DNA of 64,000 bases from Callorhinchus milii. Taxonomy: Eukaryota. Positions 47,724-61,631 of the stretch are shown piece after piece. Positions within the stretch are counted from its first letter, which is position 1. Every line of letters starts with the position of its first letter. Location of the stretch: assembly GCF_018977255.1 (NCBI RefSeq), contig NW_024704743.1, positions 52,578,001 through 52,642,000 of the forward strand. Direction: 5' to 3'. The notes under the pieces were generated by a model that saw only the letters and a program-made list of their open reading frames with translations, had not been told where the DNA came from and did no database searches. A program made the position numbers and the translations under genes.

Positions 47724-49142
47724 ACAAGTTTATTATAAATCATGAATCTTAGAATCAATTGCTAGACTCATGTACAGAGACTAAAAAGAGCTGGTGTGAG
47801 AAACAAGAGTTTCACATAGTAAAAATTTTATCTACTAGAATGTAGATTTTTTAAATTTGTGCTTCTGAGGCTGATAGCAGAATTTTGAGGCAGAATAGAA
47901 AGGGACTGTAACCTGTATCAAACCCACACTGCAAATGCTTGAAGCTGATTGTAGGTGAATAAATTGGAAAAAGCTACATTGACCGGCCCTGTTATCTTTC
48001 TTCTTGAGAAGGCTAATATTCACCAGAGAGAGAAAACAAGTTATTGTGAATAGCAAGAGAATTCAGGCAAAGTTTTAACCTAATGGGAGGTCTTTCATAA
48101 CCTGTGAATCTTTTGTGGCAAGCTTGATTTGCAGAATTCAATCTGGTAGAAAGTATGCCCAACTCTGGGAAAACCAGTCTCAAACATTGGTGGGAAACAA
48201 TACACCATTACATTGCATTTATATGTTTTGTATAACCAAACTGACCTTTCATAATCACTTTGTTATCACCTTATTATTTGACATTTGTTTTGAGAAGTGT
48301 ATCCTTTTGAGGCCTCTGCCTCATCTATAATATGAAAGAAGCAACAGAAAGCCAAAGACTATTTCATATCATTTACATTCCAAATCACTCATAATTTGAT
48401 GTTTTACTGTTGATACATTGATATATCCATTTATTAACATGTTTTTGAGCATAATTGGTATGAGGAGTATCATCCTGATTAATGCTAGAAAAGTTAGCTT
48501 CAGGACAAAATGCTAAGAATATTACATAAATAAAAGCAAATTGAGAGTGCAGTTCTGATAGGAACAGTAAAGAACAGCAATAAAAAGTGTTTGGTTGAAA
48601 AGTTGAACAGTTTAATAAAAGGAACACGGCCAAATGCTATTTCAAACATTGGGAACCAATTGCATTAACTAGGTGTGAATAAAATCATTCAATATACTGC
48701 ATGACATTGACATTTTAACAGCAAGATAAGAAACTGAAAATAAACTAGGTCAACAAAATGGAAAATTACCAAGTTTAGAGTGGAATAATAAGTAAATTGT
48801 TCTAAATAGACTAAATTGGTTTATTGAAAGATACATAATGAGAATATAAGCTTGCATTGTCTGATATTTCAAAAAAGATGACCTACATGAATAAATATAT
48901 ATTACTTGTTTACTTTTTAGAAATCGTAAAATTTATGGAGTAGCTCATATGCTTGACGATGTTCTTTCATTTTTATAATCTTTGAAGAGTACCCATTGGG
49001 ATCTAAAATGTGACATTCAAAAAGCAAAAGTTACTATTCTATTTGTAAGGACTATAACTTTTTTTTATTCAAATCAGACTGGTAAAAGTTCCACCTACTG
49101 GTTCCTGTATGGACATTTTGATTAATTGGGAACACAGATTTT

Positions 49143-49445
49143 AATAATAATAATAATCCTTACATTTAGTATAGCACCTTATCACATCAGAAGGATGTCT
49201 CAAAATGCTTCACAGAAATTACTGTGAAATGGAATGACAATATTTTGTAAGCAAATGCAGTAGCACAATTGCACACAACAATGGTCCACAAACATGCCAA
49301 GATTAATGACCGATTTTATCTGAGGGATTATTGGCCAGGACATCGGGAGAAACTTCATTACCTTTTCAAATAATGCCATTGGATCCTTATCGTTATCGTC
49401 CACCTGAACAAGCAGACAGGACCTCGGTTTAACATCTCATCTGAA
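49143..49445 (-). mobile_element. Older Deu-domain SINE
   Basis: ggccaggaca...ggatcctt...ccacctgaacaagcagacaggacctcggtttaacatctcatc is the reverse complement of the Deu-type core. Confidence 0.65.
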
Positions 49446-50165
49446 GGTGAATGAGTCTGTGTTAACCTGACAAGTTGATTTGAGATGTTGACTTTCACCA
49501 GAAGGAACATTTGCACAGGATCATAGCCTACAGTAGAAAACTTTACTTCTTATGTGTACCATCAGTTTGATTGACAGCAACATATGGAGCTATGGATATA
49601 GTTACCACACCCAGTCTTCTGGAAAACTGGGAACAGCATAAAGCTATTGTTGTCTGGCTATTTGTCTATCTGGAATAAAGTAAAGCCTTCCTAACCAAGT
49701 GTATCAGTTACCTGCTGATCCAAGTGGACAGGATGCTCTGACTAATACCAACCAATTGATTCTAGAGATTTCAGTGGCACCCATAGCAACGAAAGCATGG
49801 CGGTCATTAACTTCAAAGTAACAGGGATGGAGTTACTGAGGACCTTTCCACAATAAGGTACAAAGCCATAATAAATATCTGCAACTGAGCCTACTAAACA
49901 TGATTGTTGAAAGCTAACCATGATATCCTTTTTTAAAAAAGGACAAATATTTTTGAAAGAAACGTTTAAAAAGATTTGTGTATAGGAATTAGATAGTTTG
50001 TTCACAGAGCCAACAACAAAAAAATTCACAGCTAATATAGGCACAAGCAGCCAAATCGCCCCTGATGTCATTCAATTCAATTTCATTCAATTCTATGACA
50101 ATTCCTGAAGCCATTTAGATAATCGTTGTACAGACAGCAAATCTGTTCATGAGGTGGGTTTTTCA

Positions 50166-50670
50166 AATACATTAGAATACATTAGAATATATAGCACAGA
50201 AACAGGCCATTCGGCCCAACTGGTCTATGTCGGTGTTTATGCTCCACATGAGCCTTCTCCTGCCCTTCCTCAACTAAGCCTTAAAGCATAACCTTCTATT
50301 CCTTTCTCCCTCATGTACCTATCGAGCTTTCCCTTAAATACACCTATGCTATTTGCCTTAACAACTCCTTGTGGTAGCATGTTCCACATTCCCAGTACTC
50401 GCCGTGCGAAGACATTTCTTCTAAATTCCTTATTTGATCTATTTGTGCCTATTTTGTATTGATGGCCCTTGGTTTTGGTCTCCCCCAGAAGTGGAAACAT
50501 CTTCCCTATGTCTACCCTATCAAAACCTTTCTTGTCATTTGGATTGAAATGCATTTGCCATTTAAATACCCATTCAGCAAGTTTATTAATGTCTTGCTGT
50601 AATTTGTTGCTGTCCTCCTCTGTATTAACTATTCTGCCCAATTTGGTATTGTCTGCAAATTTTGAAATTG
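50166..50670 (-). mobile_element. CR1 3' end with internal deletion
   Basis: (tacattagaa)2 tail; EEDSNKLQQDINKLAEW...FDRVDIGKMFPL...RRNVFARRVLGMWNMLP. Confidence 0.85.
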
Positions 50671-50884
50671 AAATCCCTCGTTTATCAACACATCAACCTT
50701 TCTTCTCCTCCTTCAACAGCTCCATTCCCTGCAACTAATACTAAGTCTTCCATCTTATTCCATTTTAGTGCAAGACATTGCTTCCTTTTGGGCAGGATTC
50801 TCCAGTATATTTACAGACTTGAGTGCCGAGGATGTATTAATCTATTAATCTCATATTGATGTATTGATCTTGTGTTAAATCTGT

Positions 50885-51316
50885 TTAAGATCCTCACCCT
50901 CAGCTACAAGGCCATTCACGGCCTTGCTCCCTCCTACCTCTCCGACCTACTATCCCCCTACCTACCTGCCCGTACCCTCCGTTCCTCTGGCTCCGGTCTG
51001 CTCCACATCCCCCGCCCCAACCGCCCTACCATCGGTGGCCGGGCCTTCAGCCTCTCAGCCCCGAGGTTCTGGAACTCTATCCCCAGTGCCTTCGCCGCCT
51101 CCTCCCTTTCCTCCTTCAAGGCCGGTCTCAAAACCTTTATCTTTGACTATGCCTTCAGCTCCCCTCTCGACTCTCTACCCCCTCCTCGCTCCCTCCCTTC
51201 CCTCCCCTCACCCTGACCATCTCCCCCCTGCTCGGGTCCTGACCCAACTGTACAGCACCTTGGGACGTCCTCCCGACGTGAAAGGCGCTCTATAAATGGA
51301 ATCTTGTTGTTGTTGT
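50885..51316 (+). mobile_element. Young L2 3' end
   Basis: Near-identical to 12535-12965; (ttg)n tail. Confidence 0.9.
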
Positions 51317-51629
51317 ATTGAATGAGGGGGAAATAAGGTGCATTTATAATAAAACCTTCAAACATTTCCCATTAAGTGATAGAGAAATTAAAATAGTACA
51401 CACTTGTTTATCGGTTATATCTTTCCTCCAAAATATTATAAAAATATATTGTGATGACACAACAATTCACATCGGAGGTTAACATCCTAGTGACAATTGC
51501 AAAAATCAATCAATAAATTCAGAGGAAAGGGAAGACATTTTAGGGAAGACACCATATGCTGTATATGGTCTTTTTCTCCTGCAAGCAATTTATAGATTTA
51601 TTTAACTCCCACTATTGCCTTCTTTTATC

Positions 51630-51890
51630 TTGCACCATCAACACCTCTGATCTCATAATTTCCTGTCCTCCACCTATTGTTTTCCTTTGTCTTTCTTTCC
51701 CTGCCCCTTTCACTGTTTGTCTTTAAAAACTGCTCCCTTCCAACTTTCGCCAGTTCTGCCGAAAGGTCATCAACCTGAATCGTTAATTCACTTTCCTCTC
51801 TTCATAGACGCTGCCTGACCTGCTGAGTGTTTCCAGCAACTTCTGTTTTTATTTCAGATTTCCAGCATTTGCAGCATTTTGCCTTTTGAT
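51630..51890 (+). mobile_element. Penelope-like terminal repeat remnant with degenerate hammerhead ribozyme core
   Basis: cagttctgccgaaaggtcatcaacctgaatcgttaa...gacgctgcctgacctgctgagtgtttccagc...cagatttccagcatttgcag resembles chondrichthyan Penelope pseudo-LTR repeats; recognised from memory. Confidence 0.55.
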
Positions 51891-53609
51891 TTATGAATTT
51901 CAGCACAGCTTCTCTGGAGAGACAAATAATAGGAAGAATGACATCTTAAAGCCCTTCACAAGATTTACTGTAAAATGCAGTGACTGTGTATTTTGTAGGC
52001 ACAGATTGCCTAATTTAGATATCTGGCCCTTTTCAGATGCATAGTCCTACTATGACATGCACGCATATTGTATTTTCTCTGTTCATGTGTAAAGTATTGA
52101 TAAAAGCAAGGCTGCTCCAAGCAACGATAATGTTATTTTATGATTTTTTTGTTATTATGCAGGCTTCCCTCCACATCTAGTAACATCACCTCAGAGATGG
52201 CTTAGTAGTAATGCTGAGTAGTAATCCCAGGCTCAATGTTTTACATGTGTGCAAGGGGAAAAAATCTGCATCCTTGTCCCTGGAGGAACAGGGATCTGAG
52301 TGATCTTGGTGTATTTCCAAACTTGGAAAAAAAGAGACAAAAATATGACTGGGGATTATCTTGCAAGGTTCAGGAATTCCTCTCCACACTAAAGTGACAC
52401 TATTAAGTTTCCACAAGCCCAGCAGAAATATTTGTAAGGCAGCAATGATTTCCAATTGACACTGCTGGGAAAAAAAATAACTTTATTGCATTATGAGATA
52501 GACACGTCACTATACTTGTGTCATTGACGGGATAGGATGTTCCTTGTAGAAATTAGACCTCATGCATTAGACACCAGTCAACTTGTAAAACCCACAGTAG
52601 ATTGAGCTTTCTCAATAAGCACAAACCAATACAAAATGATCCCTATTCTGCCTGTTAATGTCAGAGCTCACACTGCTACAGGTTGTAATTGACTCATTGT
52701 CAAAAGGGAGCAACATTTTTGAGGTAATATAAAGCTAATGGGGCGAGCCATGGAGCCAAGTGCTTTATTCAAGTGAAAACAAATTGCACTTTTTGTTGGC
52801 AGTAAAAGACCAGTGACACCCTATAAACTGAAACCTCTTAAAATATTTGGATCGAGGTTATGTTTACAGTGATGCATTGATTCGCCAATCTTTTTAAATA
52901 AAAAAATGTTTTCAATAGAACCGTTTTAGAACAATTAAAGGTTAGAACAATAATTCTGAAAATCATTAAAACATTGGCAATGTCTTGGGTAATGGAACCA
53001 TAGTGTGGTACATTGAGTTTGGGGTATAATTATTCTGAGCTATATGCCTTTCCATGAATCTAGAAACTATTATTCTATGGCAGAATTACTTTTGTGACTG
53101 AAAATCAATTCTTATTGTTGGCCTCAAAATGGTTAAGGTTACTCATTTCTAAGTGTTGATTGCTACACAGTACAGTGATATTTAGTTAAACATAGCTTTA
53201 TTACTCTAATATTACAAATACACAATTATTACACTTTATTGTAAATCCTGTGAAGTACTTTGAGACATTTCAGTGACATGGTAAGGCGATATATGAATGG
53301 CAACAATTATTGATAACCACAAACTATTAAAATAAATTAAAAACAAAATGTAATAGTAAGAGTAAAACCCAGGCCAGTAATAATAAATAATTCTTGCAAT
53401 TGATATCATACCTTATGACATGATCAAGATATCCAAACCATTTCACTGAATTTATTGTAAAGTGTAGTGTTATGAGACATGACCTTGCGTGAAGGGCGGT
53501 ATATACATGCAAGTTGTTGTGGTTGAGTAACTTTGTACATGTAAGCAAATGACATTATCCTTGTTGTCTTTTGGTGGGGGTTTTAATCTTAGAAACACAA
53601 ATACATGTC

Positions 53610-54000
53610 TCAGCCTGGCTCAGTTGCTATCATCTTGCCTCATAGACATATGCCCCACTTCAGGACTTTGGACTCCTGTACTCTAGGCTGACACTCATAT
53701 GCAGTGCTGGAGAAGTGATTTATTGTCGGAGATGCCATCTTTTGGGTGAGACAGTGAACCAGGATCTTGTCTGCTTGTTCAGGTGAATGTTAAAGATGGC
53801 ACTTTTGAAAAAGGGAAGGACCTTTCTCCTGGTGTCCTGGCCAATGATCCCACAGATATAATTTTGTCATGCCCTTCATAGTTGTTCTTGGGATGTTGCT
53901 ATGTACAAATTGGCTGTCATGGTTGCCTACAAAACACAATCACTACATGTTACAGTTTTAAGATGTTCTCCCGACATGAAAGACTATATCAAATGCATGG
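53610..54000 (+). mobile_element. Older Deu-domain SINE
   Basis: ggctcagttgctatc...ggctgacactcatatgcagtgctggag...gtcggagatgccatcttt...gaaccaggatcttgtctgcttgttcaggtg...gtcctggccaat. Confidence 0.65.
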
Positions 54001-55164
54001 ATTGGCAAGGTAGCCCTGTTACATATATCATTGAAAGGAGTGCAAAAGCTGCTTTCATTTTGAATCCTACAGATGAAGATGTTCTCAACATTTTCCTGCT
54101 GATGATTTTATTGTTATCAGACAGTTACAGTTCTTTCCCTTGACAATTAAGGAAGCCACAGATCTGCTATTCCAAGGTCTTTGCATTCAGACTAGCTGTA
54201 GTCCTAACATCTGTGCTGTAAAACAAGCCAACAATGCTTCAATAAATTTAACAATGTACAACTTCCTAAAGTTATGCCATTCTCTGTCCTTAATTGACAC
54301 AGCTGTGAAGTAGGTCATATCTTGGAAGAGATCTTACATTTTGTACATTGGTATGTTATGACAGATTAGACAAAAAACACTATCTCCACCCTTCCCTCCT
54401 GTATATATAACCTAGTTTGTAACAGAATTGTATATTGTAATCTATTTGCTTACTGTAATTTCAACTACTTTCAATGTTACAGTATGAAGCAGACCAGAAT
54501 TTGAATCCAAACTATGCACTGAATCACTGGTTATCATTTGTTCTGTGAAATATTTTATGCTATCATTTGTTAAAAAAAGAAGTATTCTCAAGGATAAATA
54601 GTTGATAGTTTTGCTGGACAGTTTCCCTGGCTTGCTTTCCTTCAAAGGTATTTCAGAAATGTCAAACCATTGGGATAATTTCTCCCTAAATTAAGACAAT
54701 CTCTGGAAACACATTTCAAATGCATAACAGAGAACGTTCCAATGAACAGTCATACTCAAAATCTTAACCTACATTCTCTTTCAGCTCTGTATATTTCCAG
54801 CATTATTCTGTTTTGCGAGAAACTCTTATTTAGAGACCATCATTATCCTGATACTGTATTTCCTTTGCCAGCGCCTTTGTTGAAGCATACGTGAATCCTG
54901 CTAATCTTGGGCTTTGCTTATTAAACCACAAAAGCATTTTGCTAATACCTTGACTTGTGTTGATGTTTCATTTGATTTTATTTTGAAAAAAAGCACCAAG
55001 AAAGCTGCAGACATTTTCAAAGTGGCTGGGAGAAGTACCCAGTGAGGGGTATATACCGAGAAGAAATACAGTCAGCAAATTAGATTCGAATTCTCCAGAT
55101 ACAAATGAGCAAGATGGAATTCTTGGATTCACCCACCCCCACTTGGGTTCTATTTCCTCCTATG

Positions 55165-55480
55165 AGAAGGGTAGAGAGTATGAGGCGGGAGAGTGCAAGG
55201 GGGGAGGGAGTGAATGTGAGGGAGAGGGGGAGAGAAAGAAAACAGAGAGAGAGGGGGAGACAGAGAGTGTTTGAGAGGGGATAGAGAGCGTGTGTGCGGG
55301 AGAGAGGGGAGTGAAAGAGTAATTGAGAGAGGGAGAGAGTGATTGAGGGGGGAGCTGGAGTGTGAGAGGGAAGAGAGAGTGTGAGATGGTGTGAAAAGCG
55401 GAGTGAGAGAAAGTAATTGAGAGAGAGTGAGTACATGAGGGAAAGGGGGAGAGAGAGAAATAAAAAGAGTGAGCGAGCAG
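55165..55480. repeat. GA-rich low-complexity tract
   Basis: Degenerate (GA)n/(GAGT)n purine-rich run. Confidence 0.85.
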
Positions 55481-55949
55481 AGCAGACAGAAGTCAGGGCA
55501 GATGATCGGAACTTCCTTCTGCCACCATGGTGTGGAACAGACTGAGGACAGACACTGAGTGACTTATCGTGTAGTCTCCTCAGAAAGTTCCCTCTTTCCC
55601 AAGTGAAAAACTCCTCTACATCCTTCATTCCCCCCACCCCCGCCCCCATCTGTGAGACCTTCCGACCTGGCTGTGCCCTTTGCCCAGCAAACACCAGCTT
55701 CCTTCATGTCCCACCACCCCATCTGCCCCATCATCACCATTTTGCCCCCACTTTCTGGAGTTCTATTCCTGGAGTCTCTCCCTCTCTTCCCTCCTCCAAG
55801 GGATGTCAAGACCTAATAGTTTGACCACACTTTCAGTCCTCTTTTCCACTTCCTTTCCCATCCCACCTCTCTCAGCTTCCCCCCACCCGCTCAGGTGTCC
55901 AGCCAATAATGTCAAGATGTCCTTCCAACATGAAAAGGGTGCCGTGTGA

Positions 55950-56050
55950 ACGTTGTTATGTTTATGGAAGGGAAACACAAAATATTGCTTATACGACCTT
56001 TTTCAAATAGGGAATCCGGCCCACGGCAGCCAAATGGTTGGACCACCCTG
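55950..56050. mobile_element. Right end of a hAT-like element
   Basis: ggaagggaaacacaaaatattgcttat...ggcccacggcagccaaatggttggaccaccctg matches 58847-58934; the end is the inverse of cagggtggtcca at 58013. Confidence 0.7.
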
Positions 56051-56569
56051 AAATGGACAGTCTTATTTCATAGATTCCAGGGATGAACAGGCTGCAAATT
56101 GAGAAATGGCTCCAGCTAATGTGCAGGAGGTTATAGAGTACCTTCTTCTTAAAGTGCAAGTTATACACCATGACACAATACACAAGGTAAAGGAGACCGT
56201 AGACAGTGAGCATGGTTTCTGAAGCCAATGGAGCACACCCACATTCAGGAATTCACTAGTTACTGATTGGGTTGAATGACTCTGTCTCTGGTCTTGAATG
56301 GCTCGACCCCTTACACCGTTGCAAGGTGACAAGAGCTTGTTTCTCTCTATAACTAGCCAGTCAAGCAGCTCCTCATATGCCAGGCTGTGATTTTCATTTG
56401 CCGGAATTTTTTTTATATATATATACACAAGTAATGTCGCCTCTCCCACACTATTTGAGCATGACTGAATTGGTGCAAATAGATTTTGTAAACTGGTTCC
56501 TGGAAGCTCGGAACCCTGTGATGTTAATTCTTTCTGGTTTCAGAACTGGAGTCAGCACCAAATTCGCTT

Positions 56570-56833
56570 TAATAATAATAATAATAATAATAATAATCCT
56601 TACATTTGATATAGCGCTTTTCACGTCGGGAGGACGTCCCAAAGCGCTTCACAGAACACACTATAAAGTGAATTGACTGTATATTTGTGGGTGAACTCGG
56701 CAGCCAATTGCGCACAGCAATGTCCCACAAACAGTCGTAGATTGAAAACGACCAATTTATTATTGTTTTTGGAGGGATTATTATTAGACGTGTGGAGTAA
56801 GGAAACTTGCCCAAGGTTTCGCCCTGCCTGGAA
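56570..56833 (-). mobile_element. Short-subfamily SINE, 5'-truncated
   Basis: (att)n tail and body; stops within the B box. Confidence 0.88.
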
Positions 56834-58012
56834 TTTGTCCTTTCTTGTTATTGATGCCTAGAGTCCTAAACTTGTACATGATTCTTGTTTTAAAAAATTG
56901 TAGAGTAAAAGGAGCAAATGAGGACAGTGTTTAGCTAATTTCTGCTAGCCATTCCTTTTTTGGTTAAACTTTAATCGTGCAGAGATTTGACTGTTTCGGA
57001 GGATGGCTCTGTGCCTGCCAAAAACGAACCCATTTGCGGGCCAAGTGTGTCTCCTCCTCCATCAGAAGAAAACAGACACCATCTGGTTTTGAACCAGTAA
57101 CCATAAGTACAGAAAGCTTACAAGGCTATTCTCCAAGCTCATTGAGCTATGCCAACAGCTGGACCCACAGCTCCTTCCATGGGGTTTCCAAGTTACTGCT
57201 AATCATTTGATAGCAAGAAGACCCTCACATTATCTCATAGTTGACACGGGATTGCTATAGATAGAATATTATTTAATGGGTTTCAAGTGAGTTGTGGTAA
57301 AACATCTGCTCTTGAGTGTGAGTTTGTTTTATTTAGCAGTCAGTCATTTGTCATAACCAGATTCTACGCATTTAAGACCTTTCCATCTTGGTCTCCCCTT
57401 TGTGAATTCCTGCTGCTGCCAGATCATTGACAATTCACATCTACACAGTCCTTCCACATCAGCTTTGGCTTTCTATTTAGTCTTTTCTCAGCAGGAGCCA
57501 GTTAATCGCAAAGCATTCTTTTAAGAGTACAGCTCTCCCGCAAATACAACGTCTGTCTTGTCCAACATAACCTTTTTGCTCAGTTACCACACATAATTAT
57601 TATGGCTAGTTTATATACAAAATTCAGATGCAACTTGATGCACAGCCATCAAGCTGTTTTTCCCCTTCTTCAGAGGGTAATATGTATCCAACACAACATT
57701 GTGCTTCTCTAATCTTCCTTTGCTAATTCTTTATATTGGAATGTGATTGTTACCAACAGCAGCCACAACAATTTTCATTTACATAGTGCTTTTCATGTCA
57801 GGAGGATGTCTCAAATTACTTCACACAACTGACAGGGAATCTGAGCTTGGGGGAGGGGGGAACGATGGCCAAAAGTATCAGTAAGGTATTTCTGGAGCAA
57901 CCAAAGCAAATGTGGATGAAAAATATCTGTAGCGTTTGCCTAGCAAATACACAGTGAAGCACATTGACACAACTTTGTGAAGCGCATTGAGATATTCTCA
58001 AATGTTATAGGC

Positions 58013-58934
58013 CAGGGTGGTCCAGCTGGTGGCCACATCTGGCCCCGGGGATGATTTCATCTGGCCCGGTTCATTGTTTTACCTCCCGGTTGCGCCTCTC
58101 TTTCGATTGGTCTCCAAGCTGCCTCAGACAATCTTGTGAGATGCAGCGCAGTGAACGACGGGAAGAGAAGCTCACCAAGAGTATGTTGAAAGGTATTGTT
58201 GCACATTTTGCAATTCTAAAACTACAGAAATATGAGTCTCAATAAGAAATACAATGTAGACGTAGAAAATAGAGGACATTGGAGCCTCGATTCAAGATTT
58301 TCCACAGTATTATAACAATAATAATCCTTGTATTTGATATAGTGTTTTTCACGTCTTCTAGACATCTCAAAGCGCTTCACAGAATAGACTGTAAAGTGAA
58401 TTGACTGTATATTTGTGGGTAAAATGTGGCAGCCAATTGCGCACAGCAGTGTCCCACAAACAGTCGTGGATTGAAATGACCAATTTATTATTGTTTTTTT
58501 GTTTTGGAGGGATTATTATCAAGCATGTGGAGTAAGGAAACTTGCCCAAGGTTTCAACCTGCCGGGAATCGAACCCAGGTTTCTCGCTTGCAAAGCAAGT
58601 GCTCTAACTGCTGGACTCCACATTATTTTGTTCATAATTTTGTTCATTGTTATGTGCATTTTAATTCGCTAAATTATTTTTTTCACTTTCATTGTTTACT
58701 CTGGTTTTAATGATTAATCTTGCATATATATATACTTTATTGATAAAAGTGTATTATTGTTTCATAATGTGTATGAATTTTTGCATTGCCTATTTAAAGT
58801 TTGCTTTGTAACTAACATATAGTGAAATTAAGTAATACGGTTCTGGTTATGTTTCTGGAAGGAAACACAAAAATATTGCTTATGTGGCCCATTTCTCATC
58901 TGGCCCACAGCAGCCAAAAGGTTGGACTACTCTG
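58013..58934. mobile_element. Non-autonomous hAT (Charlie-like) DNA transposon containing a SINE
   Basis: TIRs cagggtggtccagc / gttggactactctg; subterminal catctggccc repeats; degenerate 8-bp TSD ttataggc/ttcaaggc. Confidence 0.7.
58312..58621 (-). mobile_element. Short-subfamily SINE nested in the hAT element
   Basis: SINE tail, body and head on the minus strand. Confidence 0.85.
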
Positions 58935-61382
58935 TTCAAGGCCAAAATTAAGTTAATTAATAATAATTATAATTATAATAATTATTATTACAATCATGAT
59001 GTTGTGCCCTTGAACATGTTTAGAATATGTATTTGCAATATGAGGGTCATTATTTGCAATTTGCCTGACAAATATTACCTTGGAAGGCGCTATACAAATG
59101 TAATTTTGTTGTTGTGGTGGTGGACCCCATAGTTATTAGAGCCGTGAGTTTTTTTTATATTGGAAGGCTTTTTAACAATGTGTAGTGAAATTTTGACCAT
59201 ATGGTTAGATTTAACACTGGGGCTTAATGGATTCTTTCATTTTGGTGTGTATTGTTCAACTTCACTTTACAGGCTGCCAGAAACACACAGGGAGTGGATA
59301 TTCAAATTTCTTAACAAACAATGCTGTCAACCTTCTGCTTCTAGTGAACAATTACGTATTGCTCCATACCCCCTCCTCAGCAAATCAGTTTACTAATGAA
59401 ATAACAAATCCAATTGTAACAAAACTAATTACACCATCTTATCCATTGCCCAAACATAGAGTTGATAGTGTACAAAGATCAGCTTACTCAGCCCTGGACA
59501 ATAGAGATACATAGAGTTAAGTTGAAAGTTAAAGCAAGGAAACAAACCATTTGGCCCAACTATTCTGTGCCAATGTTTATACTCAACAACAACAACTTGC
59601 ATTTATATAGCGCCCACACACACACACATATATATATACTCTTCATATGAGTCTCCACCCCTCCTATTCCCTTTTCATATACCCCTCTATTCCTTTCTCC
59701 CTCATGTATGCATCAAGATTCCTCTGAAATACATTGATGCTTTGTGCTTCATAAAACGAAATTTATTCCTGAATTTAAAGTAATGTCCTTTGATCTCTGG
59801 AATTTGCTTCTGAATCTAGCTCAGGCTGCTGAGATATCTGGGTTCTACATGAAATGAGTTTTGACATTTCAGCTGCGACCTCTGACTCTAACTGGCAGTT
59901 CCAATTTGCATTGAATTAGACACAGTTTGGGCCCATTAACCAAATGAAGGTTCACACCCAAAATATTTATCTAATCTCTCTTTCAGATGCTGACTTTCAC
60001 TGAATTTTTTAAAATCATGAGCAGTAAAGTAGTATTAAATCCTTATCAGAAAATACTACTAGAATTGTACATGACACTCTAAATGTAAATAGAACCAGAA
60101 GCCCAACATTTTACCTAATCTTAGCCTGAAAGAACATTTTGTGGTTTAAAACCACAAAAAATAATAAGATTGGTTCAGATGAGGAAGGCCCTTTCAACGG
60201 TATGATCTCATCCCTCCAGAATGCCCACACTCCCATCGTAGCATCAAAATGCTTTTTAAATAAGTCCAGTGTCCTGGCCTTAACCTCCACCCTCCCCCCC
60301 CACCCACACACACACTTTCCGAGTTACTTGTTCCAGTCATTAATTACCCTCTGAATAAAGATGTTAGATTACCCTCCCAACCTACCCTAAATCCACCCTG
60401 ATCCCCACTCCCAGTTCAGGACTAAATCTCTGACTGTTCAGCACCTGGGGATGTCCTCCTGACATGAAAGGTGCTATACAAATGTCTTTTGTTGTTTTTG
60501 TTGTAAGATTGCACAGATTTGTGGAAAATGTTTAAATTCAATCTTGATTTGAATCCAGTTTCTTTAAGATGTACAGAAAACTGGGCTTCCAAACTAAGAC
60601 TTGATTTAAGAGTTTTTCACAATTCTGCACCATTTTAAATTGTAAGACAGAGCAATCTAAAAGGCTAAGACTAGATGGAATTTCAAGCCTTCATAAATTC
60701 GCACTAAATTGGTCTTAAAGTCCTCAACTTGATGCCAACATTCCACCACCACCCAGTAACATAATAATTCATGGATCTCGGCGCCCACCAGCATACATTT
60801 ATATTGAATCCCACATGGAATAAATAGAATATGGTGCCATTAACAATGCACTACTTATAGGTTTTCAATTCTGTGGAAAGCCTGTCAGACTGGAACCTAA
60901 CATACTTTCACACCCATATCTGAAGTGTTATAGTCACAATCACCACTCAGGCAGTCGGTCATTTTGAAAAGGATTATACTCTCAGTGGATAGCTACCACC
61001 AGTTCAGCTCAAGGCAATTTATCGTTGCTGTAGTTATGCTAGATCAAGTAATAAAATGGATTTGTTCTGTCTTGAAATTTGGAGGAGTCATCTTGTATAA
61101 ATCAAATACAGAATGTAGCTAAGTGGCAAAAAAACAAACTGGAAGCCAGCTGTTCATGTTAAAAACAAAATTCCCCCCAGACTCTCAAGTATCTATTTAC
61201 TTAGACAGGTGCTGTCATATAGAATATATTTTAGAAGATAGTTTACATTTTTGACAAACTTCTTAAGAAAACAGGCCAGAACATGCAGTCAAACATTTTA
61301 AAACAATATTTATGTAGAAAATCATAAAATAAATGCTATTATAGGTAATGTACACCACTATTACACACTATGTGTGTATGTA

Positions 61383-61631
61383 TGAACCCGTTTTTTAAAT
61401 CGATTGGCGGATCGCTTTTCCGGGGGTAATAATTCCTTAAAAAAAATAAAATTGTTCACTTCAATCTACGACTGTTTCTGGGACACTGCTGTGCACAATT
61501 GGTTGCTGGGTTTCGCCCACAAAATATAGTCAATTCACTTTATGGTATATTTTGTGAAGCACTTTGAAACATTTCAAAGACATTATAAGGTGCTATATCA
61601 AATGCAAGGATTATTATTATTGTTATTATTA
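61383..61631 (+). mobile_element. Long-subfamily SINE, 5'-truncated
   Basis: gattggcggatcgcttttccgggggtaat...aaatgcaaggattattatt. Confidence 0.8.

Noticed and set aside
55080..55694. 204-aa Leu/Ser-rich minus-strand ORF
   Set aside because: It is a translation of the GA low-complexity tract.
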